NCBI GenBank assembly: GCA_963718895.1
Contig: CAVRAG010000004.1
Coordinates: forward strand, 288,001 to 352,000
DNA: 64,000 nucleotides
Reading direction: 5' to 3'
Origin: an uncultured Nitrososphaerota archaeon
GTDB taxonomy: Archaea > Thermoproteota > Nitrososphaeria > Nitrososphaerales > Gagatemarchaeaceae
Position 1 is the stretch's first letter, and every line of letters begins with the position of its first letter. Positions 27,903 through 37,696 of the stretch are shown here, piece after piece. The position numbers and the translations under genes were made by a program. The notes beneath the pieces are model-generated. The model ran no database searches and had not been told where the DNA came from. It was given only the letters and a program-made list of their open reading frames with translations.

Positions 27903-29621
27903 ATGGACGAAGAGAACTCTGTCCAGAAAGAGACTCCGAAGACGAGAATAGGAGACTCCAAGACGGTTTCGTCCCCGGATGTCAAGCAGGAACCTGCCTT
28001 TTCTGAGGTTCCAAGCGACGCCGGGTCTCAGGCGGAAGGGACGGAAGGTCAGGTGAGCATCGAACGGACGGATGAGGCGACCCAGACGACGCTGGCAAGG
28101 TTCAACGAGGTTCAGGGTTCAGCAAAACCAGCAAGCGCGCCGCCGAGCGAGAGGGAACAGTTCGAATCAAATCCGACTGTGCTCGAAACAAGAGTCTATG
28201 GTCACACGTACACGAAGAAGAATGGGGAGCTTGGCTCGAACCTGATGTTCAGACTGCCTTGGCGGAAGCTCAGAAGCCCCGAGGGAGCGAGGCTGGAGGC
28301 CGAGAAGCTCTACCGAGTATCCGGGAAGGTCGATGGAGACTTCGAGTTCGAAAGCTACGTCCAAACGACCGGATTCCGGTCACTGATTGTCTACGTGCCC
28401 GTGAAGTACGCCGATAGGGTAAGACCCTCGGAGGTTCACAAGCTTTCCATCCTCGGAGTCGCCTTGGTAGAGACGAAGAAGCCGGTTGGCGAGCTCGTGA
28501 ATGGGATTCGCATCACGTCTTGGAGGAGGTTCGCCAGGTCGAAGTATGTGGACGAGGTTAACGGAGAGGAATTTGGCGATGGGCCGCCGAGGCAGCTAAG
28601 TGAAATCGAGAGGTCATGGCTCGCTGGGGTCATTGATGGAGAGGGCTCGATCTTCATTACGAAGTTGAACAGAGGGCTGGCTGCCCAGAGAAGACGCGGC
28701 TTCGCCTATGCTCCTGCCATCAATCTCAGCAGCTCCAACGAGGAGTTTGCGAGAAAGGTGAGGGACGTGATTGGAAGGGGATCGGTGAATTTCCAAGAGG
28801 AGCGGCGGTATGAGTGGAAGGATAGATGGTGCTACCGAGGCGCTGCCATGGTCCTTCGGGGGCTGTTGCCACAGCTAGTGACTCACCTGCTCATCAAGAG
28901 GGAGGCTGCAGAGAGTATGCTGGAGTACCTTGCATTCGTCGATGCACACCCAATCAACGGTCTCATGGACATTCCAGCAGGCTACTATGAGAAGGTAGAT
29001 TCGCTGTACTTGGCGCTCAAGAAGAAGAACGAGAAAGGAAAGGACCTCTCGGATGAAGAACTGGCTACTCTGCTCGCGTTGCCGAAAGGGTTGAAGAGAA
29101 AGGGGCGGGGTTCCAGGGCGACCGAATGCCGGACTCTCACAGAAGAAGAGATTGTTTGGCTGGCAGGTGTCATAGATGGAGAAGGGGCGATATTTCTCTC
29201 CAAGGTCGTTCATCCTGCGTACAGCAGAGGATACTTCTACAGGCCGCAGCTCAGTGTGACCAACTCCAACCGGCAGTTCTGCGTGAAGGTGATGGAGATT
29301 ATAGGGGAAGGGACAGTGAATCTAGCTCGTAGAGGGGACGCGGTGACCAGGACGAGATGGGAGTATCAGGCGAACTCTGGCGTCTTACGTGCGATTCTGC
29401 CCCAGGTTATGCCCTACTTGATTATCAAACGTGGGGTTGCCGGTCACGTCCTCGAGTACCTTCGATTTGTAAGGGAGAGCTACGCGCCCAGCAGAAGTGC
29501 CCAGCCCGGCTGGTATTATGAGAAGTTGGATACGCTTTACGGAATGATAAAGAGGCTGAACGAGAAGGGGAAGAAACCCAGCCCGTCGGCGGATGGTGCG
29601 GATACGCTAAATATTAGATAA
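27903..29621 (+). CDS. Free-standing tandem LAGLIDADG endonuclease-like protein with N-terminal extra domain
   Basis: Two approx. 150-aa repeats, each WLAGVIDGEG...L.IKR...YYEK.D.LY...NEKGK. No intein splicing motifs. Confidence 0.85.
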   Translation: MDEENSVQKETPKTRIGDSKTVSSPDVKQEPAFSEVPSDAGSQAEGTEGQVSIERTDEATQTTLARFNEVQGSAKPASAPPSEREQFESNPTVLETRVYGHTYTKKNGELGSNLMFRLPWRKLRSPEGARLEAEKLYRVSGKVDGDFEFESYVQTTGFRSLIVYVPVKYADRVRPSEVHKLSILGVALVETKKPVGELVNGIRITSWRRFARSKYVDEVNGEEFGDGPPRQLSEIERSWLAGVIDGEGSIFITKLNRGLAAQRRRGFAYAPAINLSSSNEEFARKVRDVIGRGSVNFQEERRYEWKDRWCYRGAAMVLRGLLPQLVTHLLIKREAAESMLEYLAFVDAHPINGLMDIPAGYYEKVDSLYLALKKKNEKGKDLSDEELATLLALPKGLKRKGRGSRATECRTLTEEEIVWLAGVIDGEGAIFLSKVVHPAYSRGYFYRPQLSVTNSNRQFCVKVMEIIGEGTVNLARRGDAVTRTRWEYQANSGVLRAILPQVMPYLIIKRGVAGHVLEYLRFVRESYAPSRSAQPGWYYEKLDTLYGMIKRLNEKGKKPSPSADGADTLNIR

Positions 29622-29635
29622 GATGATGGAGAATA

Positions 29636-30391
29636 TTACGACTCCTGGATGCGCGGCGCCAAAAAATAGGAAATTATTGCACCTTGTTCGTTGAGCTTGA
29701 AGGTCAGCTTCGCAGGCTTCTTGCTCGAGAACTGGAGCAGCACGGTCTCGGCGGTGCTGCCTAGTGCCCGCGAAATACTCATGAAATAGTCAATGTTGTA
29801 GCTCGCCTTGGCCTCCGCCTTCACGTCCATCTCCAATACGTCTGCCCCGTTCTTGTCCAGCTGGATCGTGGCCGCCCCGATGTCTGACTTGCCGCCGAAC
29901 GAGACGCCCTCCTTCAGCGCGCTGATCGCGACCTGGTCTGCGACCACGGAGATGTCGCCCAAGACCTTCTCGAAGACGCTCTTGCTCATGGAGATGCTGG
30001 CGTCGAAGTCGAGCTTCGGGAGAGGCGCGGTCCCGGACGTGCTCTCGATTAGGTGGATCCTGAACTCCCTCTTGTAGCCGTTCATCAGCCTCAGGAGGAG
30101 CGCGTCCTCTTCGGTGGACGTCAGCTCGATGCTGTCCTTCGAGTCGGTCCTCCCGATCAGCTTCACAAAGTCCTCCACGCGGATGCTGAACTTGAACGGC
30201 TTGTCGCACTCGTACTTCTCGAACGCGACCGCTGGCCAGGCCAAGTCGACCAGAGCTATGTGGGAAGGGTCCATCGCCCTGAAGATGAGCGCCTCGCTGC
30301 TCGCCTCGAAGGTAGCCTCCTCCACGAGGGTCTTGATTGCAGAAGCGACGGCCTTCCATTCGACAGCGCTTGAGGTCTTTGTAAACAGCAA
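29636..30391 (-). CDS. pcn: PCNA sliding clamp
   Basis: LVEEATF, RAMDPSHIALVDL, FEKYEC and YFLAPRI motifs. Confidence 0.95.
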   Translation of the reverse strand: MLFTKTSSAVEWKAVASAIKTLVEEATFEASSEALIFRAMDPSHIALVDLAWPAVAFEKYECDKPFKFSIRVEDFVKLIGRTDSKDSIELTSTEEDALLLRLMNGYKREFRIHLIESTSGTAPLPKLDFDASISMSKSVFEKVLGDISVVADQVAISALKEGVSFGGKSDIGAATIQLDKNGADVLEMDVKAEAKASYNIDYFMSISRALGSTAETVLLQFSSKKPAKLTFKLNEQGAIISYFLAPRIQES

Positions 30392-30709
30392 AGGAATCCG
30401 ACGCGGGTTCGAGGGCTAGCCGTAATTAGCTTTTGGGTTGCCCAGTTCTGGTAGCTTAGCGTCACCTCCGAAGAAGTCTTCTGGGTGTTAACTGCCGTCA
30501 CCCCGTTTAGTTCGGGACCAGCGGACCAAGGATCGCAAGAGGCGAACTGAAAAGCCTCAGGGGCCCTAGGAAATACTCTGCGGTGGCCGCTGGAATCAAG
30601 GTCGAGGGCGAGAAAAGTGGATTACCCTAATCCAGAACGCGGCAAGCCGTAAGACGTCGGACCCGATGTTACGAGGATTAATTAGCCCCTCCCAGCCAAG
30701 AAATGCAAG

Positions 30710-31069
30710 ATGGCCGAACTTAGTGGCTGGCTCTACGACCAGCTCAGAGAAATCCCACGCGGGGCGGACCCGATCACCCTCGTGGAATGGTCTCGCATCA
30801 TAGAGAGGAAGGCCATCGAGTGCTGCCGCGACTTCGACAAGACGCGCATCCGGTTCAAAGGAACAGTCGCCAAAGGCAGATTCGCGCTTGGTATAGATGC
30901 CAGGGATTCCGCCACGATGCTGTGCCTGCTCACGGCTATTCAAGACCACCTTGACCTGATGCCAAGGATGACCAAGGAGTTCTATACCGTGGTCATGATT
31001 ACGTTGGCTTCGCAAGCGGAGAAGAACGGGCTTATCAACGAACATCCGGCGTCAGGTCACGAAAGTTAA
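30710..31069 (+). CDS. Hypothetical protein
   Basis: 119-aa ORF with coding-like composition; TTAATTA about 25 nt upstream. Confidence 0.55.
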   Translation: MAELSGWLYDQLREIPRGADPITLVEWSRIIERKAIECCRDFDKTRIRFKGTVAKGRFALGIDARDSATMLCLLTAIQDHLDLMPRMTKEFYTVVMITLASQAEKNGLINEHPASGHES

Positions 31070-31203
31070 CAGGGCGAAGTAACAACAGGTGACGCTGTTA
31101 CCAGAGTCGGGTCGCCCGCAAGAACGAACTGACAGAATGCGGATTCGACTGAACTGTTTCCGGCGATGAAACCTTCCCCCGACCCAAGATTCGCGCCGTG
31201 CTA

Positions 31204-31623
31204 CTACGGGACCAACCCGCCACAAGCCGTCGCGCTTCCGCTCGGAGCTGATGTGTTGCGTATTTCCAGGGGATAAGGACCATTGACGGTGTAGACACTC
31301 ACCGTTAGGGTGCCGTTGGAGTTGTCGAGCTTGCTCGCCTGTGCACAGAAATAGACTCCACCTTTGTCGTAGTCACCGGGGGATATCTGGACCGACACGA
31401 TTCTTGAGCTGTTTCCCGTCCCCGCATAGCCTCCCGTCCCGACCTGGTTCTGCGGCGCAGGCCCGCCCCAATATGAGGTCCACGACACCTGCCAGGGCCC
31501 CTGATAGGCGACCTGAACCTGGAAATCGAAGGTCTTTGGATACAGCTCAACGGCTGCGAACGATGCGGCGATGATTGTGACCATGACTATTATTACAAGA
31601 AGAACCCTGCGTGTGCCGAGCAC
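31204..31623 (-). CDS. Small exported beta-sandwich-like protein
   Basis: N-terminal TM; VQVAYQGPW...KLDNSNGTLTVSV...TSAPSG. Confidence 0.65.
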   Translation of the reverse strand: MLGTRRVLLVIIVMVTIIAASFAAVELYPKTFDFQVQVAYQGPWQVSWTSYWGGPAPQNQVGTGGYAGTGNSSRIVSVQISPGDYDKGGVYFCAQASKLDNSNGTLTVSVYTVNGPYPLEIRNTSAPSGSATACGGLVP

Positions 31624-31655
31624 TTTGAGATACGGTGCGAGGTCTGCTGAGTCGT

Positions 31656-31675
31656 GATTAATGGCTTTGTCCGAT
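31656..31675 (-). promoter_or_regulatory. Conserved 20-bp accessory-gene element
   Basis: Minus strand ATCGGACAAAGCCATTAATC, about 32 nt before GTG 31623. Confidence 0.65.
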
Positions 31676-31729
31676 AAGGCTTATCTGCTTCGGTCCTCAC
31701 ATCCAAGCTGGAGGGGGCTACGGTGGGAT

Positions 31730-32198
31730 TTGAGCCGAACATTCACAGTGAGGAGGGCGAGGACGGAGGATATCGGGTCCGTAAAGCGGATGGTTCGTAC
31801 GTGGTTGCGTTTTGCTCCCGCGAGTGGAAGGACTGAGTCGATCAAGAGTTCGATTTCAAAGAAGGAACTCCTCGTAGCCGAAGTGGGTTCCAGAGTGGTG
31901 GGGTTCATTCACTGTGATACACGACGACATCATAGATGGGGCCCCGAACTCTTTCATTACGGCATTCTACGTGTCGCCCGCGTACAGAGGCGCCGGTGCG
32001 GGTTCTGCGCTCCTTAGCCGCGCCACACGGGACTCTGCGGACCGGGGTGTCCTGTTCATGGAGACCTCGACGACTCAAGGAAGGGCGAGAGATTTCTATC
32101 TGAGGCGTGGGTTCAGACAATCGCGTGGGGATATCGGCGAGGTGTTTCTAGAGCTGGACATACTCTCCAGTGTAGGTGTCGCAGACAAGGAACGTTAG
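31730..32198 (+). pseudogene. GNAT acetyltransferase, frameshifted near 31913
   Basis: VRRARTEDI...LLVAEVGSRVVGFIH in one frame continues as VIHDDIIDG...FYVSPAYRGAGAGSALL...FYLRRGF in another. Confidence 0.7.
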
Positions 32199-32246
32199 CT
32201 GACCACAACGCATAAATTTGGATTGCTTAGGAGTCGGCTGAAAACG

Positions 32247-32525
32247 ATGAAGATCCCCAAGGAACTTAATACATTCTGTGCACATTGTAAAAAGCACACG
32301 CCGCATTCCGTCAGCCTTTACAAGAAGGGAAAGGAGAGGGCCTCATCTTGGGGTGCACGGCGCCAGGCCCGCAGAAAGCTGGGGTACGGTGGTCAGAAGT
32401 TCCCTGAGCTCGTCAGGACCGCAAAGACCACGAAGAAGGCGACGCTCAGGCTGAAGTGCAAGACGTGTAACAAGGAAGTGATGCGCAAGGGCATGAGATT
32501 GAGAAAGGCGGAGATAAGCAATTGA
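32247..32525 (+). CDS. rpl44e: 50S ribosomal protein L44e
   Basis: MKIPK...CAHCKKHT, GYGGQKFP and KTTKK..L.LKC motifs. Confidence 0.95.
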   Translation: MKIPKELNTFCAHCKKHTPHSVSLYKKGKERASSWGARRQARRKLGYGGQKFPELVRTAKTTKKATLRLKCKTCNKEVMRKGMRLRKAEISN

Positions 32526-32719
32526 AGAGGGAGCGGGAGTTCATACCGAAGCCTCGCAGCAGCTTCGTCCTGATCAAGTGTCCGGACTGCGGAGAGGAGA
32601 GGGTGATGTTCTCCGCGTCGACCAGGGAGGTGACCTGCAAGGGCTGCGGAAGGAAGCTCGCCGAGAGGACGGGCGGCAAGGTAAGGGTCGACGCCCAGGT
32701 AATCAAGAGACTCGACTAG
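32522..32719 (+). CDS. rps27e: 30S ribosomal protein S27e
   Basis: PKPRSSFVLIKCPDC...CKGCG..LA..TGGK. Confidence 0.95.
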   Translation: MKREREFIPKPRSSFVLIKCPDCGEERVMFSASTREVTCKGCGRKLAERTGGKVRVDAQVIKRLD

Positions 32720-32761
32720 CCTTCGCAATAGCTAAAGGTATCCCGTAAGGGTGTAGACTCC

Positions 32762-33562
32762 ATGGAAGCCTCCGAACTGCCAGACCGCGGAGAGATCGTT
32801 CTCTGTACCGTCAGGGAGATCACGCCGCACGGCATCTATGTAGACCTCGACGAGTACAACAACATGAACGGCTTCCTGCACATCTCAGAGATATCCACCG
32901 GCTGGGTAAGGAACATCGACAGAGTGGCGAAGGTCCAGCAGAAGCTCGTCCTCAAGGTAATCAGGGCCGAGAGGTCGAGGAGGGAGGTGGACCTCTCACT
33001 GCGGCAGGTCACCAACGAAGAGAAGAGGAACAAGCTGATCGAATGGAAGCAGAACGAGAGGGCGACGACCATCATGGGCACGGTCAAGAAGAAGCTCGGC
33101 CTGGGAGACGTCCAGTTCAACGAGATCGTCGCCAAGCTGGAGAAGGAGCACGGCTCCCTCTACGACGCCCTCGAGGCAACATCAAAGAAGGGTGAGAAAG
33201 CTATCGCCTCCCTGGAGCTTCCCGAGGCGATCGGGAAGGAGATAGTCGAGGCGGCGAAGGAGAAGATAACTTCGCCCAAGTACGAAGTGGGCGCCATAGT
33301 GGAGGTAAGCTCGAAGGCGTCGGATGGGATCCAGCAAATCAAGGATGCGCTCGACGCGGCGGTCGGGATTTCGACTACGGCCGAAATCAGGGTGAGCTAC
33401 GTGGGGGCTCCGAGATATCGCCTCCGCGTGATAGCCGACGACTACAAGCAGGCTGACAAGCTGATGAACTCCGCGCTGGAGCACATCCAGGAACAGATCG
33501 GGAAGCACGGCACCTTCAGCAGTAAGAGGGAGATGTCGCGCAAGTACGGTGGGGTAGCCTGA
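32762..33562 (+). CDS. eif2a: Translation initiation factor aIF2 alpha
   Basis: S1 domain LDEY...HISEISTGWVRNI, VDLSLR and YVGAPRYR motifs. Confidence 0.95.
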   Translation: MEASELPDRGEIVLCTVREITPHGIYVDLDEYNNMNGFLHISEISTGWVRNIDRVAKVQQKLVLKVIRAERSRREVDLSLRQVTNEEKRNKLIEWKQNERATTIMGTVKKKLGLGDVQFNEIVAKLEKEHGSLYDALEATSKKGEKAIASLELPEAIGKEIVEAAKEKITSPKYEVGAIVEVSSKASDGIQQIKDALDAAVGISTTAEIRVSYVGAPRYRLRVIADDYKQADKLMNSALEHIQEQIGKHGTFSSKREMSRKYGGVA

Positions 33563-33729
33563 AGGGACTGCTCCTCAGGTGCCCCATCTGCCATGGCTAC
33601 ACCATGAAGGACGCTTGCCCGAAGTGTGGGGCGGCTACCGTCGTTGCGCACCCTGCGAAATACTCCCCCGACGACAAGTACGCGAGATACCGGAACCCCC
33701 TGGCCTATCAGCAGCAGACCGAAAGCTGA
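33559..33729 (+). CDS. nop10: H/ACA RNP protein Nop10 (not in ORF track)
   Basis: KGLLLRCPICHGYTMKDACPKCG...HPAKYSPDDKYARYR. CTG start overlaps the aIF2a TGA. Confidence 0.92.
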   Translation: MKGLLLRCPICHGYTMKDACPKCGAATVVAHPAKYSPDDKYARYRNPLAYQQQTES

Positions 33730-36045
33730 CTAGCCGCTGCTGTTAGTGTTGACCTTGTAGACCAGTACCGACGTGAAGCAGTCTATCGGGTTGCTCGAGG
33801 TCCCTCCGCAGGCAATCGGGTTGTTGAGGCTGTTGGACGAGAACGCCACCTGGAACGGGCTGGTGCTGCTGCTCAGTTGGTAGGTGACGGGGTAGTTGAA
33901 CAGCTCCAGCGGAGGATTCCCGTTCGAGTCGAACTGGTAGGCTTGGCTGACGGTCCCGTTCGACAGGCTGTACCAGCCGCCGAACGTGAAGGGGAGCATC
34001 TGGCCGAACAGGGTGTTCTGCAGCGTGTAGGGCGTAAGGTTGAAGTCGTCCACGTTCGTGCACAACGCTGAGATCGTGGGACATTCAAGGTACGTCGACT
34101 CGTTGAGTCCCGCTATGCGTATGAACCATTGCTTCTTGCTCTCGTCCCCGCCGCCGGCTGTGAACCCGCTGCCCGAGGGGATCTGCAGGGTGTAGTACGC
34201 CGGTGTTGTACCCGAGTAGAGCAAGCTCCCGGTGATGAAGGACAGCACGTAAACCGGACGCCCGTTGGCCATGTCCTTCGCCAGGACCTCGGCCTGGGTG
34301 AGGTTCGACATGAACATCTGCCCGATCTCGGCGATCCTGGTGTCGTTCAGCGTGGCGTTGTCCGCGACGGTGGTCCTGTTCGCCATGACGTTGATCCAGT
34401 ACCCATAGTCCCACCACGCGATTATCACCGCGTTCTGCGGTGTGTTCGCCTTTATCCACGCCAGGGCCTGCGTCCAGTCTGTCAGCTCAGAGTGGGCGAA
34501 GATTGTCCCTCCGTTGGCGATGCTGACGCCGTAGTCGGCGGGGCTCTGGTCGCATATGAGGCTGCCCGAGGTGCACGGCACAGGGTTGGGTATCCAGAAT
34601 ATGCTCGCCGGGAACGCGAGCAGGGCGATGAAGGCCACGGAGTAGACGGCGCGCATCTCGTTTCCTGTGGAGTACGCGGGCTTCCGCTTGACCATTGAGG
34701 ATGAGGACGGCTTCATGAGAGAGAAAGCGAGCTCAGCGAACCCGATTCCAGCCAGCAGGACGAATGCGATTGACGAGTACACCAGCAGACGTGAGAAGGC
34801 GGCCGAGGCATAGATCATTGTAATCCCTGTCACAAGAGCGAAGACGGTCGCGGGACTTCTCCTTCTGAATGCGATTATCGCCCCGAAGATGCCCAGCAGG
34901 AGAAGAAGAAGATAGGACGAGAAGTAGTCGCTTCCTGTGGGCAGCGCCTGTTCTGCGACCGACTCCACGAGGGGGTTGCCGCTCCTGACCCACGGGAATA
35001 TCACCGAGAGGTATCTGGCGCTCAGCGTAGAGACAGACCCGAAGCTGACGAGCGCGACAGCCGCCAGGGCGGCTCCGAACATGACCTTCACCAGGGTCTT
35101 CTTGAAGTCATCGGGCTTGACCCAGCCCTTCAGCCAGTTGGCCACTATGATGAAGAGCGTCCCTCCGATTATGGCGAGTCCCTCTGCGCTGGTTACCACG
35201 CCGACGCCCGGTCTTGGGAAGATAGCGCTGCCGAAGATGTCGCCCGCCGTGAAGAAGAGGCCCGTGATGGCGAGCTTCGAGAGATCGAGGTCGAGGAAGG
35301 GCAGCACGATGAAGAACAACCCGAAAGCAGCAGTGAAGTACTCGGCGCCGCCCCACGCGGTGTTCGCGTAGCCGAGGAGGAAGCCTGCGAATATCCCCCT
35401 GAGCACCCTCTGCCTCGCACTCATGTCGCTGTCTAGGAGCGTGAGGAAGATGTAGGCGGAGACGGCGAAGAGGAATATGCCCAGGGGTTCTGACTTGAAC
35501 CATCCCAGGTTCCCCCTTTCAAGTATCGGCGGAGAGACTGCGAACATGAGCGCGGCGAAGAGGCCGCCGGCAGCCCCTGCGATCCTCTTCACAAGGAAGA
35601 AGATGACGATGGACGTCAGCGAGCCTATGAAGACCGGGAAGAGGACCAGGTAGTCATACAGGCTCATCTGCAGGCCGAAGATGTTCCGGAAGAAGAGGTA
35701 TGACAGGGCCCCGGCGAACTGAAGCCCGTCCTGGGAGGTCGGGGCAACAGCCCTGCCTTCAGGGAACCACGTCGTATAATCCGTCCAGTGGAAGTAGGTC
35801 AGCAGACCAGGAAGACCTCCGTGACCTGCGGCCCAGCTGGCGTCGAACGAGCTGACTATGAACTGGGCGGCTTTGTAGTCGTAGTAAGGGTCGAACTCGT
35901 TGAGATAGAAGCCGTACTTGGCCGGGAAAGACCTCATGAAGAGCGCGACGACGAAGACGCTTGTTAGCGTCAAGGCAATAATCATGTTTTGCCTTGAGAT
36001 CGTCGGCCTTCTCACGAGGGCCTGTAGCTGGCTGCCTAGCTTCAA
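33730..36045 (-). CDS. aglB: Oligosaccharyltransferase AglB (STT3)
   Basis: EFDPYY, WFPEGR, SVAEQ, WWDYGYWI and ADNAT.N motifs. Confidence 0.95.
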   Translation of the reverse strand: MKLGSQLQALVRRPTISRQNMIIALTLTSVFVVALFMRSFPAKYGFYLNEFDPYYDYKAAQFIVSSFDASWAAGHGGLPGLLTYFHWTDYTTWFPEGRAVAPTSQDGLQFAGALSYLFFRNIFGLQMSLYDYLVLFPVFIGSLTSIVIFFLVKRIAGAAGGLFAALMFAVSPPILERGNLGWFKSEPLGIFLFAVSAYIFLTLLDSDMSARQRVLRGIFAGFLLGYANTAWGGAEYFTAAFGLFFIVLPFLDLDLSKLAITGLFFTAGDIFGSAIFPRPGVGVVTSAEGLAIIGGTLFIIVANWLKGWVKPDDFKKTLVKVMFGAALAAVALVSFGSVSTLSARYLSVIFPWVRSGNPLVESVAEQALPTGSDYFSSYLLLLLLGIFGAIIAFRRRSPATVFALVTGITMIYASAAFSRLLVYSSIAFVLLAGIGFAELAFSLMKPSSSSMVKRKPAYSTGNEMRAVYSVAFIALLAFPASIFWIPNPVPCTSGSLICDQSPADYGVSIANGGTIFAHSELTDWTQALAWIKANTPQNAVIIAWWDYGYWINVMANRTTVADNATLNDTRIAEIGQMFMSNLTQAEVLAKDMANGRPVYVLSFITGSLLYSGTTPAYYTLQIPSGSGFTAGGGDESKKQWFIRIAGLNESTYLECPTISALCTNVDDFNLTPYTLQNTLFGQMLPFTFGGWYSLSNGTVSQAYQFDSNGNPPLELFNYPVTYQLSSSTSPFQVAFSSNSLNNPIACGGTSSNPIDCFTSVLVYKVNTNSSG

Positions 36046-36092
36046 CTTCGACGAGAGCCTCTCACCTCACTTTATGAAGTTTTTCACAGCTA

Positions 36093-36497
36093 CTACTTTC
36101 CAAGAGAAGCCAAGAATTCTGCGTACTGGTCTGCGGTCAGCAGCGCGAGCTTCTCCGCTGCGAGGTTCGATGCGTCGATCTCCACAATCCAGCCCTCTCC
36201 ATAGGGCGACTGGTTCACCAGCTCCGGACGGGTCAGCAGTTCGGAGTTCACCTTCCTTACCGTGCCTGAGAGAGGCGAGTACAGCTCCGAGACGGCTTTT
36301 ATCGACTCGATTGTGCCGAATGTCTTCAGCTGCTTCAGGTTCTCACCTAAGGATGGCAACGAGAGGTAGACCACGTCGTTCAGCGTCTTCGCTGCGTACT
36401 CGGTGATCCCGACCCGGGCTACCGAACCCTCGAGTCTGGTCCACTCGTGCTCTCTCGTGTAAAGCAAGTCCCCAGGGACTGTATATGAATCGGTCAT
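36093..36497 (-). CDS. gcvH: Glycine cleavage system H protein
   Basis: YTREHEW, ESIKAVSELYSPLSG (lipoyl Lys) and NQSPYGEGW motifs. Confidence 0.95.
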   Translation of the reverse strand: MTDSYTVPGDLLYTREHEWTRLEGSVARVGITEYAAKTLNDVVYLSLPSLGENLKQLKTFGTIESIKAVSELYSPLSGTVRKVNSELLTRPELVNQSPYGEGWIVEIDASNLAAEKLALLTADQYAEFLASLGK

Positions 36498-36538
36498 CCG
36501 CGGACGCCTGCTTCAAATTCATGGGACTATTATCCTTG

Positions 36539-37663
36539 CTATTTGATCCGCTTCCAGCCGTAGAGGGTTTCGTCATAGAACGGTGGTTTGACGATCATCC
36601 CTTGGCTTGGGGAGCCTCTGATGACCACCTGGACGGCCGCGCCCACTTGTGAGTCAGGCGTCTCTATGTACCCGATCCCTATCCCCTTCCTGAGAAGGGG
36701 GGAGAACGTCCCGCTGGTTATCTCACCTATCTGCCGGTTTGAGACGTCGGTTATCGCGAAACCGTGGCGCGGAATCTTGTCGGCCATCATCACGCCCCTG
36801 CGCAGTCTTCGGGGCCGCGCCATCCTGTACCGTGACACAGCCTCGTCCCCGACATAACCCGTCTTCCCCTTCGAGATGACCCAGGACAGTTCGGCCTCGA
36901 TAGGGTTGGTGGTCTCGTCGATGTCCGAGCCATACAGGGGCAGACCCGCCTCGATTCTGAGTGAATCCCTCGCGCCGAGCCCACAGGGCGTCGCCCTGGT
37001 CGCCAGGTCGTTCCACACCGAAGCGGCCAGGGAGTTGTTCCTAATCCCTGAATCGTGGAGGATGACCTCGAAGCCGTCTTCCCCGGTGTATCCTGTCCTC
37101 GTGACGGTCGCGTCGCTCCCTCCTACCTTGGACCTCGTGTGGGTGAACCTCTTGATCTCTGAGAGATCCACGGCGCTCAGAGGTTGAAGGGCGAGATTCG
37201 CCTCCGGTCCCTGGATCGCGATCATGGTTGTGTCGTCTGTGATGTCCTCTATGTCCACCGCGAACGGGCTCGAGACGTTCCTGATGTGTGCAAGGTCCTT
37301 GGCCTTGTTAGCGGCGTTCACGACAATGAGATAGTCGTCAGATCTCTTGATGATTATGATGTCGTCGATTATGCCGCCGGCTGAATTGAGCAGCAGCGTG
37401 TAGTACGACTTTCCAGCCGGTTGTGGAGCACTATTGGTCGGCACGAGCGATTCGATGAACCGCGTGGCGTCTACGCCGCCGACCACGACCCGTCCCATGT
37501 GCGAGACGTCGAAGATCCCGGAGTGGTTTCTTACCGCAAGGTGCTCTTCGGTAATGCTGGAGTACCAGATCGGCATGTCGTAGCCCGCAAATTCGACCAC
37601 TCTTCCGTTTGCCGCATGGAAGTCATAAAGTGGGGTTCGCTTCAACTCTTCACGCCCCCTCAC
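36539..37663 (-). CDS. gcvT: Glycine cleavage aminomethyltransferase T
   Basis: FDVSHMG, RTGYTGEDGFE and GLGARDSLRIEAG motifs. Confidence 0.95.
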   Translation of the reverse strand: MRGREELKRTPLYDFHAANGRVVEFAGYDMPIWYSSITEEHLAVRNHSGIFDVSHMGRVVVGGVDATRFIESLVPTNSAPQPAGKSYYTLLLNSAGGIIDDIIIIKRSDDYLIVVNAANKAKDLAHIRNVSSPFAVDIEDITDDTTMIAIQGPEANLALQPLSAVDLSEIKRFTHTRSKVGGSDATVTRTGYTGEDGFEVILHDSGIRNNSLAASVWNDLATRATPCGLGARDSLRIEAGLPLYGSDIDETTNPIEAELSWVISKGKTGYVGDEAVSRYRMARPRRLRRGVMMADKIPRHGFAITDVSNRQIGEITSGTFSPLLRKGIGIGYIETPDSQVGAAVQVVIRGSPSQGMIVKPPFYDETLYGWKRIK

Positions 37664-37696
37664 TTCTTTATTTAAGCGGAATATGGAAGCGCGGTC

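Noticed and set aside
30534-31132. CGCAAGA(GG/A)CGAACTGA on both sides of the 30710 gene as a target-site duplication
   Set aside because: Only about 16 bp with an indel and no mobile gene; could be chance.
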